A DNA stretch of 63,937 nt, counting the filler, from Candidatus Hydrogenedentota bacterium (GTDB lineage: Bacteria; JBFMHD01), in the NCBI GenBank assembly GCA_040752395.1. It is 4 parts of 4 records of this genome, joined end to end, with 100 filler letters (N's around TTAATTAATTAA, not from the genome) between each part and the next. Parts side by side here need not be neighbours in the genome. Positions count along the whole stretch, not along the records: positions 16,871 to 33,504 come from JBFMHD010000036.1; positions 33,605 to 50,124 come from JBFMHD010000038.1; 2 more parts are not named here. The stretch is one strand, 5' to 3'. Of this stretch, positions 26,208 through 35,743 are shown in pieces. How positions within the stretch are numbered: the stretch's first letter is position 1; every line of letters starts with the position of its first letter. Made by a program: the position numbers and the translations under genes. The notes under the pieces were generated by a model. The model saw nothing but the letters and a program-made list of their open reading frames with translations. It was not told where the DNA came from and ran no database searches.

Positions 26208-28181
26208 ATGGTTCTAATTAATTTTAAATATCCGCTTACAAAAGATGTCCGTTCTGTAAGTGTGATTGGTGAATGGAACAACTGGAAGCCTCAAAATTTA
26301 AAAAAAGACTCAAAACTCTGGCGTTTAGAACTCGATATAAAATCCGGAACCTATCTCTATAAATTCAGATTAAATAATAATAAAGACGTTATTGATCCTT
26401 ACAACAATGCAAAGATGCCCGATGGTCAATTTAATCCGGCATCTTTTATTTGTGTGGGTACCTACACAAATGATGATAAATTTTCTGAACCGGTTGTTTT
26501 TCACGAAGAGGATAAACGGTTTGTTGAAATAGTTGATAAGAATATATTAAGTATTAAAATCTATCTCTTTGATAAAAATGTTAAACAAATATTTATTAAA
26601 GGCGCTTTTAACTTACAGATGGAAAAAATATATAGCGGTGATATCTATAGTATATTTCAATGTAGAAGACGTGTTAAAGATGTATCAAATATTAAATATT
26701 ATTTTGAATTGAATTATGGAAAAAAGTATAAATATTATATAAGATCAGGTATCTATAAAAATAGCCCCTCAAAAAAGAAATGGTTTAAATGGGACAAGAA
26801 AAAATATTACGATGATGCCCCGAGCTGGTTAAGAAACACTGTTTTTTATCAGATTTTTCCAGATAGATTTTATAGACATAAACTAAATTATACAAATCCT
26901 GATATAAAAATAGAAAAATGGGGTAAAAAACCAGGATACTTTAATTTCTCTGGTGGAAATCTAAAAGGTATTATGAAAAAACTCGATTATCTGAAAGACG
27001 TGGGTATTAATGCTATATATCTAAATCCTGTTTTTAAATCGTCATCAAATCATAGATATAATACCGATGATTATTTTACAATTGAGCCTATGCTCGGGAA
27101 CGAAAAAGACCTTGTTAATCTTGTTAAACAGGCACATAAACGAGATATTCGTGTCATTCTTGACGGTGTTTTCAATCATACAAGTACCGCTTTTAAACCA
27201 TTCCTGGACGTCTTAAAAAATCAGGAAAAATCTAAGTTTAAAGACTGGTTTAAAATTAAAGGTTTTCCCATTAGCTTAAACCATGAAAATAATAATTACG
27301 AGTGCTGGGCAGGATTCCATCATATGCCTGCGCTGAATATTGAAAATATCGATGTCCAGAATTATATATTTAAAGTTGCAAGATATTGGATACGCGAGGC
27401 TGATATTGACGGCTGGAGATTAGATGTTCCATTTGAAATACCTCACTGGTTCTGGAAGAAATTTAGAAAAGAAATAAGAAAAGAGAAACGAGATGCCTGT
27501 ATTATAGGCGAAATATGGGAAGACGGAACACAGTATTTTCAGGGAGATGAGTTTGATGGCGTGATGAATTATAGATTAAAAAGAGCACTTGAAACCTTTA
27601 TCCTTGATGAGAAAGAGGGAACAAGAAAAGCGGTCTCTGAAATAAACAGAATTTATTCAACATATCCCCGGGCTGCTCTGTATTCCTCTATGAGTTTATT
27701 ATCAAGTCATGACGTCCCGAGGATTTATACTGTGTTAAATAAATCTTTATGGAAATTTAAACTATTATATGTTTTGCTTTTTACTTTACCCGGAGCAGTA
27801 TCTATCTATTATGGTGATGAAATAGCTATGCCTGGAAAGGGTGACCCTGATTGTAGAAGATGTATGAAATGGAATAATTTGTCCAAAATCCCAAAAAATA
27901 TAAAATATTTTTTCAAAAATCTTATTAAGATTAGAAAGAATAACCCTGTTCTCAGGGAAGGGGAGATAAAATTTTATTACCATCAAGGCGATGTTCTCAC
28001 GTTCTCAAGATACAATGACAAAGAGAAGGTGTGTGTATTTGTGAATAAAGGACCTGCTACCGCAACTGTCGATTTAAATAAAAATAAGTCCTTTATTGAT
28101 TTATTCAATAATTTGAAATATAATAAAAGTAAACTTAAAATACAACCCCATAGTTTTTTAATTCTTAAAAATATATCTTGA
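26208..28181 (+). CDS. GH13 cyclomaltodextrinase/neopullulanase-type alpha-glucan hydrolase with N-terminal CBM48-like domain
   Basis: VSVIGEWNNW..YLYKF (CBM48/AMPK-like); FYQIFPDRF, LDGVFNH, DGWRLDV, GEIWE, SSHD catalytic motifs. Confidence 0.92.
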   Translation: MVLINFKYPLTKDVRSVSVIGEWNNWKPQNLKKDSKLWRLELDIKSGTYLYKFRLNNNKDVIDPYNNAKMPDGQFNPASFICVGTYTNDDKFSEPVVFHEEDKRFVEIVDKNILSIKIYLFDKNVKQIFIKGAFNLQMEKIYSGDIYSIFQCRRRVKDVSNIKYYFELNYGKKYKYYIRSGIYKNSPSKKKWFKWDKKKYYDDAPSWLRNTVFYQIFPDRFYRHKLNYTNPDIKIEKWGKKPGYFNFSGGNLKGIMKKLDYLKDVGINAIYLNPVFKSSSNHRYNTDDYFTIEPMLGNEKDLVNLVKQAHKRDIRVILDGVFNHTSTAFKPFLDVLKNQEKSKFKDWFKIKGFPISLNHENNNYECWAGFHHMPALNIENIDVQNYIFKVARYWIREADIDGWRLDVPFEIPHWFWKKFRKEIRKEKRDACIIGEIWEDGTQYFQGDEFDGVMNYRLKRALETFILDEKEGTRKAVSEINRIYSTYPRAALYSSMSLLSSHDVPRIYTVLNKSLWKFKLLYVLLFTLPGAVSIYYGDEIAMPGKGDPDCRRCMKWNNLSKIPKNIKYFFKNLIKIRKNNPVLREGEIKFYYHQGDVLTFSRYNDKEKVCVFVNKGPATATVDLNKNKSFIDLFNNLKYNKSKLKIQPHSFLILKNIS

Positions 28182-28248
28182 TAAGTTTTATTAAAATATT
28201 ACTATTCTCAAATACTGCTTAACTTTGTTTTTCAGAGGAGGTCCCGGT

Positions 28249-29649
28249 ATGTCGTTATTGAAATATGTTTATTCTAATCTGTTAAGCGAATCGGGTGTAT
28301 CCACAGGTATATCAAAAAAAGAGTTTAGAGATAATCATAAATTATGTAATGAAGCATTAAAAAAAGTTTTATCTGACAGAGAAAAAGGAGTGACTAAATA
28401 TCGTGAATTACCCTACAAGAAAAAATGTATAAAAGAAATAGAAGCTTTTACGAAAAAATATAAAGACAGGATAGAGGATTTTGTCGTACTTGGCATTGGC
28501 GGAAGCGCACTTGGAAATATTACCCTGCAAACAGCATTGAATCCTCTCACTTACAATAGCCTTAATAAAAAACAAAGAAATGGGTTCCCACGTATATTTA
28601 TTCTTGATAATGTTGACCCTGAATTTATTAAATCTTATCTTTTAATCTTAAATCCTAAAAAAACTATGGTCAATATAATATCAAAAAGTGGGACAACCAC
28701 CGAGGCTATGGCTAATTTTTTGATTTTTTATAAATGGCTGAAAGAAAATAAAGTAAATCCAAAAGAACACATAATTGTAACAACTGATTTGGTTAAAGGC
28801 GTGTTAAGAAAAATTGTTGATAAGGATGGTTATTTAAGTCTGGAAGTCCCTGATGGGGTAGGGGGCCGGTTTAGTGTTTTATCACCCGTAGGCTTATTGT
28901 CCGCCGCTTTTGGTGGCATTAATATTAAAAGATTATTAAAAGGGGCTGAAAAAGCTGATATTATGTGTTCTAAAAAAAATATTAATGAAAACCCTGCGTT
29001 TATGAATGCGTATCTCCATTATCTTTTATATAAAAAAGGGTTCGATATAACTGTTCTTTTACCTTATGCTAATGCTCTTAGTACGCTTGGAGACTGGTTT
29101 GTTCAATTATGGGCAGAAAGCCTGGGTAAAAAGTTCAATCTTAAAGGTGAGATGGTCAATACAGGTTTAACACCAATAAGTGCGCTCGGAGCAACTGATC
29201 AGCATTCTCAAATACAACTTTTTAATGAGGGGCCCTTTAATAAAGTAATAAATTTTATAAGAGTTAAAAGATTCAGAACCGATATAAAAATACCAGCGAT
29301 ATACAAAGAACACGATGAGCTGAATTATCTTGGTAATAGAAGCATTTCTGAACTTCTTAATAAAGAATATCTCGGAACTATGATCGCTCTTACTGAAAAT
29401 AATAGGCCCAATTGCACATTTGAAATACCAGCTATAAACGAAGAAACCATGGGTTTATTATTATATCTTTTTGAAGTTCAGACCTCATTTATGGGCGCTT
29501 TCTTAAATATTGACCCTTATGACCAGCCAGGTGTTGAAAACGGTAAATTGAATACCTATGCTTTGATGAAACGAAAAGGCCACGAAGCACGTGCTACACA
29601 GATTAAAGATAGTTTAGCTAAACGTAAGGAGCATTTTATCGAATACTAA
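28249..29649 (+). CDS. pgi: Glucose-6-phosphate isomerase
   Basis: LGIGGSALG, ISKSGTT.E, VGGRFSV.S, QLWAESLGK, DQHSQ.Q, DPYDQPGVE.GK. Confidence 0.97.
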   Translation: MSLLKYVYSNLLSESGVSTGISKKEFRDNHKLCNEALKKVLSDREKGVTKYRELPYKKKCIKEIEAFTKKYKDRIEDFVVLGIGGSALGNITLQTALNPLTYNSLNKKQRNGFPRIFILDNVDPEFIKSYLLILNPKKTMVNIISKSGTTTEAMANFLIFYKWLKENKVNPKEHIIVTTDLVKGVLRKIVDKDGYLSLEVPDGVGGRFSVLSPVGLLSAAFGGINIKRLLKGAEKADIMCSKKNINENPAFMNAYLHYLLYKKGFDITVLLPYANALSTLGDWFVQLWAESLGKKFNLKGEMVNTGLTPISALGATDQHSQIQLFNEGPFNKVINFIRVKRFRTDIKIPAIYKEHDELNYLGNRSISELLNKEYLGTMIALTENNRPNCTFEIPAINEETMGLLLYLFEVQTSFMGAFLNIDPYDQPGVENGKLNTYALMKRKGHEARATQIKDSLAKRKEHFIEY

Positions 29650-29746
29650 TCAACACCTTACTTTCGCTTTATTTTTATTGACTATAATCTCCATAAATAT
29701 GTAATTATTATGATATGATAAAAGAAAGTGCAAGAAACGGATTTTT

Positions 29747-30850
29747 ATGGATAATAAACCAACATTAAAAGAATTGAGAATAGGCGATTTGACAGCTAAA
29801 TTGCCTATTATTCAGGGTGGGATGGGTGTCTGTGTATCTTTAGCACGTTTATCTTCTGCAGTAGCTAATGAAGGCGGAATCGGTGTCATTGCATCAGTTG
29901 GACTTGGTAGATTTGAGCCAGATATATTTACCAATTATGTCGAAGCAAATAACAGGGCATTAAGAAAGGAGATAAGAAAAGCACGCCAACTAACCAATGG
30001 TTTACTTGGTATTAATATAATGGTTGCGCTATCGAATTTTGCTGAACTCGCCCAAACAGCTATTGACGAAGGGATTGATGTTATTTTTTCTGGTGCAGGG
30101 CTGCCGCTTAATCTACCTCAATTTTTAAGAAAAGATAGAAACACAAAATTAGTCCCGATCGTTTCATCAGCTCGAGCTGCTAAACTTATTTGTAAACGAT
30201 GGAAAGATAAGTTCAACTATCTGCCTGATGCTATTGTTGTTGAGGGACCTTTAGCCGGGGGTCATCTCGGATTTAAATATGAGCAGATTTTTGATCCTGC
30301 TTTTTCTTTGGAAAATTTAGTTACTGAAGTTATTAAAGAAATAAAGGTTATCGAACAATTATACAATAAATCTATACCAGTAATAGCAGCTGGCGGTATA
30401 TTTTCAGGAGAAGATATCTATAATATCTTTAAACTGGGCGTTGCTGGTGTACAGATGGCAACACGATTTGTAACAACACACGAATGTGACGCATCAATGG
30501 CTTTTAAACAGGCTTATATAAATGCTAAAAAAGAAGATATTATCATTATACAGAGTCCGGTTGGTCTCCCGGGAAGAGCTATAAGAAATAAGTTCCTTGA
30601 TGATGTTAGTGCAGGTAAGAAAAAACCGTTCAAATGTCCGTATCGCTGTATTATAACCTGTGATGTTAAGAACAGCCCTTATTGCATCGCACTTGCATTA
30701 CTCAATGCTCAGGAAGGAAAACTTGATGAAGGATTTGTATTCACAGGCTCAAATGCTTATAAAATAGATAAGATTCTATCTGTTAAAGAACTTATAAACT
30801 CAATAATAGACGAATACAATAAAGCTGTCGAAAAATACGGACCATTGTAA
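29747..30850 (+). CDS. Nitronate monooxygenase / FabK-FabX-like FMN oxidoreductase with a C-terminal Cys cluster
   Basis: PIIQGGMG, SGAGLP, EGPLAGGHLG, AAGGI, QMATRF, CPYRCIITC..YCI. Confidence 0.85.
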   Translation: MDNKPTLKELRIGDLTAKLPIIQGGMGVCVSLARLSSAVANEGGIGVIASVGLGRFEPDIFTNYVEANNRALRKEIRKARQLTNGLLGINIMVALSNFAELAQTAIDEGIDVIFSGAGLPLNLPQFLRKDRNTKLVPIVSSARAAKLICKRWKDKFNYLPDAIVVEGPLAGGHLGFKYEQIFDPAFSLENLVTEVIKEIKVIEQLYNKSIPVIAAGGIFSGEDIYNIFKLGVAGVQMATRFVTTHECDASMAFKQAYINAKKEDIIIIQSPVGLPGRAIRNKFLDDVSAGKKKPFKCPYRCIITCDVKNSPYCIALALLNAQEGKLDEGFVFTGSNAYKIDKILSVKELINSIIDEYNKAVEKYGPL

Positions 30851-30858
30851 CCCCATTT

Positions 30859-31283
30859 AGCGCGGTTTGCACTCTACACTATTGCGTTCTTGCGTTCTTG
30901 GGTTATTGCGTTATTGCGCTCTACACAACGTATGAAAAACTAAAGATGATATAAAAAGAGTCGTGAGTCGCAAGTCGTGAGTCAAAACAGGACTCAAGAC
31001 TCAAGACTTTTCAGCAGGCTTTTGGCTTTTGGCTCCAGCCGGCTGTAGTCCGTGGCCTGTAGCCTGTCCTGATACCTCTCACTTCTTCCGTTATCTTGCT
31101 TCTTGCTTCTACTTGATATCATTAGAGTTACAATGTTTTTCAGAGGAGTAGTCATGAGCGCGGGGTGCGCTCTACACAAAGGATGAAAAAGATAGGAGAT
31201 AGGAGTTAGAAGTTAGGAGTTCGTAATAATAGATCCGAGCTCCGAACTCCGAACTCCAAACTTCGAACTTTTTCGGAGAAGAG
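30859..31283 (+). repeat. Modular repeat: one full unit, the start of a second unit, and a GGAGTT/AACTCC module
   Basis: Block order REP-GAGTC-GGCT-CCTGATAC-TTGCTTC-TTTTCAGAGGAG, then REP again. Confidence 0.9.
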
Positions 31284-31285
31284 TT

Positions 31286-31621
31286 ATGCAGCAAATTAAT
31301 GAAAAAAACCAAAAATTTAGACACGGAGATTATGGTCCGAAGTATATGTTTCGCGGGCCAAACATTGATTGGGGTATTATTGTTTTAAAAAAGGGGATTG
31401 AGCTCGGTTATCATTATCACAATATTGTAGAAGAAACTTTTTATCTTGTAGATGGTAATGCAAAATTCATTATTAATGACAAGGTTTATGAAGCGATCGA
31501 AGGTGATGCTTTTCGTATGGAACCAGGGGATAAACATAATATTATCCCTGTCTCAGATACAATAAAACTCATATTTATTAAATATCCATATAATCCCGAT
31601 GACAAAGTCGATGTAAAATAG
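31286..31621 (+). CDS. Cupin-domain protein
   Basis: HYH...EETFY...G and EPGDKH cupin metal motifs. Confidence 0.85.
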   Translation: MQQINEKNQKFRHGDYGPKYMFRGPNIDWGIIVLKKGIELGYHYHNIVEETFYLVDGNAKFIINDKVYEAIEGDAFRMEPGDKHNIIPVSDTIKLIFIKYPYNPDDKVDVK

Positions 31622-31693
31622 TAGCTACCATCGCAGTAACAATTGTTTTATCTTAGCCATTCTTAACATTTTAAGAAACTTTTCCAGAAATGG

Positions 31694-32410
31694 CTATTTA
31701 TCAAATATCTTGCGGATAATACCGTATTTCAAAATACATCTTAATGCGTGCACCCCGTCTTTCCAGTTAATCTTTTTCCCCTGTTCATAACTTCTACCAT
31801 AATATGAAATGCCGACCTCATAAACCCTGCAGTTCATCCTGCATATTTTCAAGGTTATCTCTGGTTCAAAGCCGAATCTGTCTTCTTCTATTTCAATATT
31901 TTTTATTATGTTGCTACGAAAGAGTTTGTAGCATGTCTCCATATCAGTAAAATTGAAATTTGAGACCATATTTACCAACATAGTAAGTAACTTATTGCCT
32001 ACCATATGCCAGAAAAAAATCACTCTTCGTGGGTTACCTGACAGAAACCTTGAGCCATAAACAACATCAGCCTCATTATTTATAATGGGTGGCAATAAAA
32101 GTTTTATATCCTCAGGGTTATATTCAAGATCCGCGTCCTGAATAATAATTAAATCACCGGTTGCAGATTTCACACCGTTTCGTATCGCTGCACCTTTACC
32201 AACATTTTTATCATGAAAAATTTTTTTATATTTATCGCTTAGATTTTTAATAATTTCCCTGCTCCCATCAGTAGAATAATCATCAACAATAATTATTTCC
32301 TTTTCAATCCCAAGATTTACTTTTTCAACGCGGTCAATAATTATCTCTAACGTATGTTTTTCATTATACACGGGTATAATAAATGAAATGGAATTAATCA
32401 TATAACTCAT
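31694..32410 (-). CDS. GT2 glycosyltransferase (DPM1-like)
   Basis: IIPVYNE, VDDYSTDG, NVGKGAA, IQDADLEY, DVVYGSRF, TDMETCYK; exact start uncertain. Confidence 0.92.
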   Translation of the reverse strand: MSYMINSISFIIPVYNEKHTLEIIIDRVEKVNLGIEKEIIIVDDYSTDGSREIIKNLSDKYKKIFHDKNVGKGAAIRNGVKSATGDLIIIQDADLEYNPEDIKLLLPPIINNEADVVYGSRFLSGNPRRVIFFWHMVGNKLLTMLVNMVSNFNFTDMETCYKLFRSNIIKNIEIEEDRFGFEPEITLKICRMNCRVYEVGISYYGRSYEQGKKINWKDGVHALRCILKYGIIRKIFDK

Positions 32411-32444
32411 AATTTTTACCACCAACCCCAATATCACAGTATAT

Positions 32445-32552
32445 GAGCCTGTTGAATAAGTCCATTTTTTAGTTTTTTACAAAATCTCAGATTTGAAAAT
32501 GAACAAGTTACAGAATAAAAAAGTTGATCTTTGATACTCATGCAACAGACTC
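32445..32552. mobile_element. 108-bp MITE with imperfect 17-bp terminal IRs and a 5-bp direct repeat
   Basis: Left GAGCCTGTTGAATAAGT, right ACTCATGCAACAGACTC; TATAT on both flanks. Confidence 0.65.
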
Positions 32553-32824
32553 TATATTTTATTTAAGAAAATATAATATTAAAAGTCAAGAATTTTGCTT
32601 GAAAGAAATCCACCCCTAATAGAGACTAAATGGTGAAGGATTTATGTTATTTTGCCGAAGATTATGTATTTATGTTCTAATCCCCATTATATTGTTTCTT
32701 GTTTTTACATTAAATAAAGCCGATTCTTATTTAGTCCTGGATGAGGTTATAAGTTTTTATACGGCTCTTGTCCCATAAGGTCGGCGTAAAATGCCTGTTC
32801 AAGTCCCTTAATCTTTACATTCAT

Positions 32825-32906
32825 TGCAGGAGGGGGGACTTGAACCCCCATGGGTCGCCCCACAGGATCCTTAGTCCTGCGTGTATTCCAGTTTCACCAC
32901 TCCTGC
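32825..32906 (-). tRNA. tRNA-Leu(AAG)
   Basis: Minus strand folds into a class II cloverleaf: acceptor GCAGGAG/CTCCTGC, anticodon stem CAGGA/TCCTG with loop CT-AAG-GA, long variable arm, GGGGG-TTCAAGT-CCCCC, discriminator A, no encoded CCA. Confidence 0.92.
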
Positions 32907-32956
32907 AAAATAATCACCTATGCCTTACTTAACAAATCAGCTCAAAACTGTCTTAA

Positions 32957-33352
32957 TTATAAATCAGTTGAAGGTGTTGTGGTTTTCTTTTTGGGTTTAG
33001 TTACTTTCTCTTCTTTTTCTTCTTCTACTTCTTCTTTTTCTTCTGCCCCTTCAGGAACAATAGTAAGTTTATTATGGACAGCACTCACACCCTTAATATT
33101 TAATACGATATCCTCAATCCTTTTTGCCTCATCTTCATTCTCTACTATCCCACGTAAAGTTACTTCGCTATCAAAAACATCAACATTAATGTCAATAGCA
33201 TAAACTGCGCTGGTAGCAGATAATTTAGATTTAACCTTTGACAGAATCCATGTATCATCAATTGTTTGACCAACTGTCCTGCCACCAGTACATCCACTTA
33301 TTATTATGCAACCTAAGAACAAAACCATAACAATAAAACATAGTTGTTTCAT
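32957..33352 (-). CDS. BON-domain lipoprotein (OsmY/DolP-like)
   Basis: Lipobox ISGC, GQTIDD.WI.SKVKSKL, INVDV..VTLRG.V, GVSAVHNKL; start at ATG 33352. Confidence 0.88.
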   Translation of the reverse strand: MKQLCFIVMVLFLGCIIISGCTGGRTVGQTIDDTWILSKVKSKLSATSAVYAIDINVDVFDSEVTLRGIVENEDEAKRIEDIVLNIKGVSAVHNKLTIVPEGAEEKEEVEEEKEEKVTKPKKKTTTPSTDL

Positions 33353-33361
33353 CCCAGATTT

Positions 33362-33504
33362 ACCTCCTCTGAAAAACATTGTAACTCTAATGATATCAAG
33401 TAGAAGCAAGAAGCAAGAAGCAAGATAACGGAAGAAGTGAGAGGTATCAGGACAGGCTACAGGCTACGGACTACAGCCGGCTGGAGCCAAAAGCCCGGAG
33501 CCTG
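33362..33504 (-). repeat. Modular repeat running into the contig end
   Basis: CCTCCTCTGAAAAACATTGTAAC..GAAGCAA..CAGGACAGGCTAC blocks. Confidence 0.88.
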
Positions 33505-33604
33505 NNNNNNNNNNNNNNNNNNNNNNNNNNNNNNNNNNNNNNNNNNNNTTAATTAATTAANNNNNNNNNNNNNNNNNNNNNNNNNNNNNNNNNNNNNNNN
33601 NNNN
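33505..33604. other. Artificial contig joiner
   Basis: N spacer with TTAATTAATTAA. Confidence 0.95.
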
Positions 33605-33811
33605 TTTTTGGGTTTTTGCGCTCTACACAAAGGATGAAAAACTAAAGATGATATAAAAAGAGTCGTGAGTCACAAGTCGCAAGTCGTGAGTCAAAACAGG
33701 ACTCAAGACTCAAGACTTTTCAGCAGGCTTTGGGCTTTTGGGCTCCAGGGGCCGGCTGTAGTCCGTAGCCTGTAGCCCGAATTATTAGAGTTACAGCGTT
33801 TTTTAGAGGGG
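33605..33811 (+). repeat. Modular repeat at contig start
   Basis: GCGCTCTACAC, GAGTC/GACTC and GGCT/AGCC blocks, ending TTTTTTAGAGGGG. Confidence 0.88.
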
Positions 33812-33823
33812 TTTTATTAAGGA

Positions 33824-35743
33824 TTGAGAAACCAGATAGCTTTCAGATATTTTAAGAGAGGGATAGAACATTACAGAAGCAGAAAATGGAGTTATGCGAT
33901 CAATGCTTTTAGAAAAGCAATTGATTTAAACCCGGCTTTTGAGGAAGCAAGAACACATTACATAAAATCTTTAATATCTTCAGGCAGACTTGAACATTCT
34001 AAACGTGAAATCAGAAAGAGCAGAGGAGTATCTTTATCTGATAATACTCTTTATATATTAATGGGTTACATAGCGGAAAAAGAGGGTAAATATGAAGAAG
34101 CATTATCTTACTGGAATTCAGCCAATTTAGAGAACGAGCCAGAGGCTATATTCCATAAAGGTGAGGTTTACATAAAGCTTGGACAATTTAACAATGCATT
34201 AATGAATTTAGATTACCTGATAAAAAAATATCCTTGTAACAGCGGCATAGTTTTTTTAAGGGCTGCTGAATCATTAATATTTTTAAACAAATATTTTGAA
34301 GCTTTAGGTTATCTCAGGCGAGCATTAACAACGACTCCGTTACTCCCGGATATATATTTTCGTCTAAGTCAGTGTTATTATAAAACAGTTCAATATAAAA
34401 AAGCTTTATCAAGCATTAAGCAGGCTATTCTCATAGATAGGAATAATCCTGAGTATTACTATCATCTTGCCAATGTTCAGTTAGCTATTGGTCTCTCCAA
34501 TGGAGCAAATGTTACACTTGAGTCGCTGATAAAGAATTTTCCCAGGTATCTACCTGCTTATATTTTACTCGGGGATATCTTTCTTGAGAAAGCCCAATTA
34601 AAGGATGCTGAACTGGTTTTCAAATCTGCCTTAAGAATAGAATTTGATAATACTGAGGTACTGTATAAACTCGGTTATGTTTATTCTGCAAAAGGTGACT
34701 GGGAGAAAAGTCTTTCTATGTGGGAGAAGTTAAGGTATCTCAAGCCTAATTTTGCTGAACCATATTTTCATCTTGGGAACCTTTATTCATTAAAAGGTGA
34801 TACAGAAGATGCTATAACTCATTATGAAATATTTCTTGAGCTTGGTGAAAATCATCCAGATAGAGAAGAGACTTTTATAAGTTTAGGATATTTATATCTT
34901 GAGGAAGGTATGATAGCTGATCTGGACAATCTTCTCACACGGGCAATCGAGGAATTTAAGGATTCCATAACACTCAGATTGATGAGAGCTCAAATGTTTA
35001 ATTACATTGATGAGCCAGAAGCAGCTGAAAAAGTTCTAAAAGATATCCTGAATGATTTTCCGAACGATTCAGAGGTTTTATACGAGATCGGGTTATGCTA
35101 TATAAAACAGGAGAAGTACGAGGATTGTATAGAGGTATGGAAAAAAGCTTTAGCATCTGATAAAGAGAACTTCTTTTTATCGAACGAGATTGCGGAGTTG
35201 CTTCTTAGAACCTCCAAACTTGAAGAAGCTGTGAAATATTTTAATAAATCGCTACTCGTCTCGCCAAATGACACTATGGCTCTCTCCGGACTCGCTATTA
35301 TTTATATGGCAAAAGGTGAGTATGAGAAATCACGACGATACTGGGAACATATACTTTCTATCGAACCGACGTCAGTCACGGCTTTTATTGCTCTTATTGA
35401 AATTTTCGTACTTTCGGGTAAGATAGATTCTGCTTTTTTGAAATTAAAAGTTTTTGAAGAAAAATATCCTGATCATACATATATGTTTTTCTTAAAAGGG
35501 TTGATGTCACTTGTTATTGGTAGACCGACCGAGTCTTTAAAGTTGTGGCGGTGTGCGTGGGGCAAAAGTAAAAATATTTTCAAGGAAAACTCCGCGTTTT
35601 TAAAAAGTTTATTATCTAAATGGGATATGACTGATTTTCTGCTACTTCTTCGTAACTGCCCATTTGAAAAACAGTTTAAAAAAGATGTTCAGAGAGTATT
35701 TATTGATAATCTTGAACTGCCATTATTTGAAGGAAAAGAATGA
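33824..35743 (+). CDS. Multi-TPR protein
   Basis: More than 12 TPR-like repeats (e.g. LYKLGYVYSAKGDWEKSLSMWEKL..LKPN). Confidence 0.88.
   Translation: MRNQIAFRYFKRGIEHYRSRKWSYAINAFRKAIDLNPAFEEARTHYIKSLISSGRLEHSKREIRKSRGVSLSDNTLYILMGYIAEKEGKYEEALSYWNSANLENEPEAIFHKGEVYIKLGQFNNALMNLDYLIKKYPCNSGIVFLRAAESLIFLNKYFEALGYLRRALTTTPLLPDIYFRLSQCYYKTVQYKKALSSIKQAILIDRNNPEYYYHLANVQLAIGLSNGANVTLESLIKNFPRYLPAYILLGDIFLEKAQLKDAELVFKSALRIEFDNTEVLYKLGYVYSAKGDWEKSLSMWEKLRYLKPNFAEPYFHLGNLYSLKGDTEDAITHYEIFLELGENHPDREETFISLGYLYLEEGMIADLDNLLTRAIEEFKDSITLRLMRAQMFNYIDEPEAAEKVLKDILNDFPNDSEVLYEIGLCYIKQEKYEDCIEVWKKALASDKENFFLSNEIAELLLRTSKLEEAVKYFNKSLLVSPNDTMALSGLAIIYMAKGEYEKSRRYWEHILSIEPTSVTAFIALIEIFVLSGKIDSAFLKLKVFEEKYPDHTYMFFLKGLMSLVIGRPTESLKLWRCAWGKSKNIFKENSAFLKSLLSKWDMTDFLLLLRNCPFEKQFKKDVQRVFIDNLELPLFEGKE

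Noticed and set aside
32850-33203. 117-aa plus-strand ORF
   Set aside because: Antisense shadow of tRNA-Leu and the BON gene
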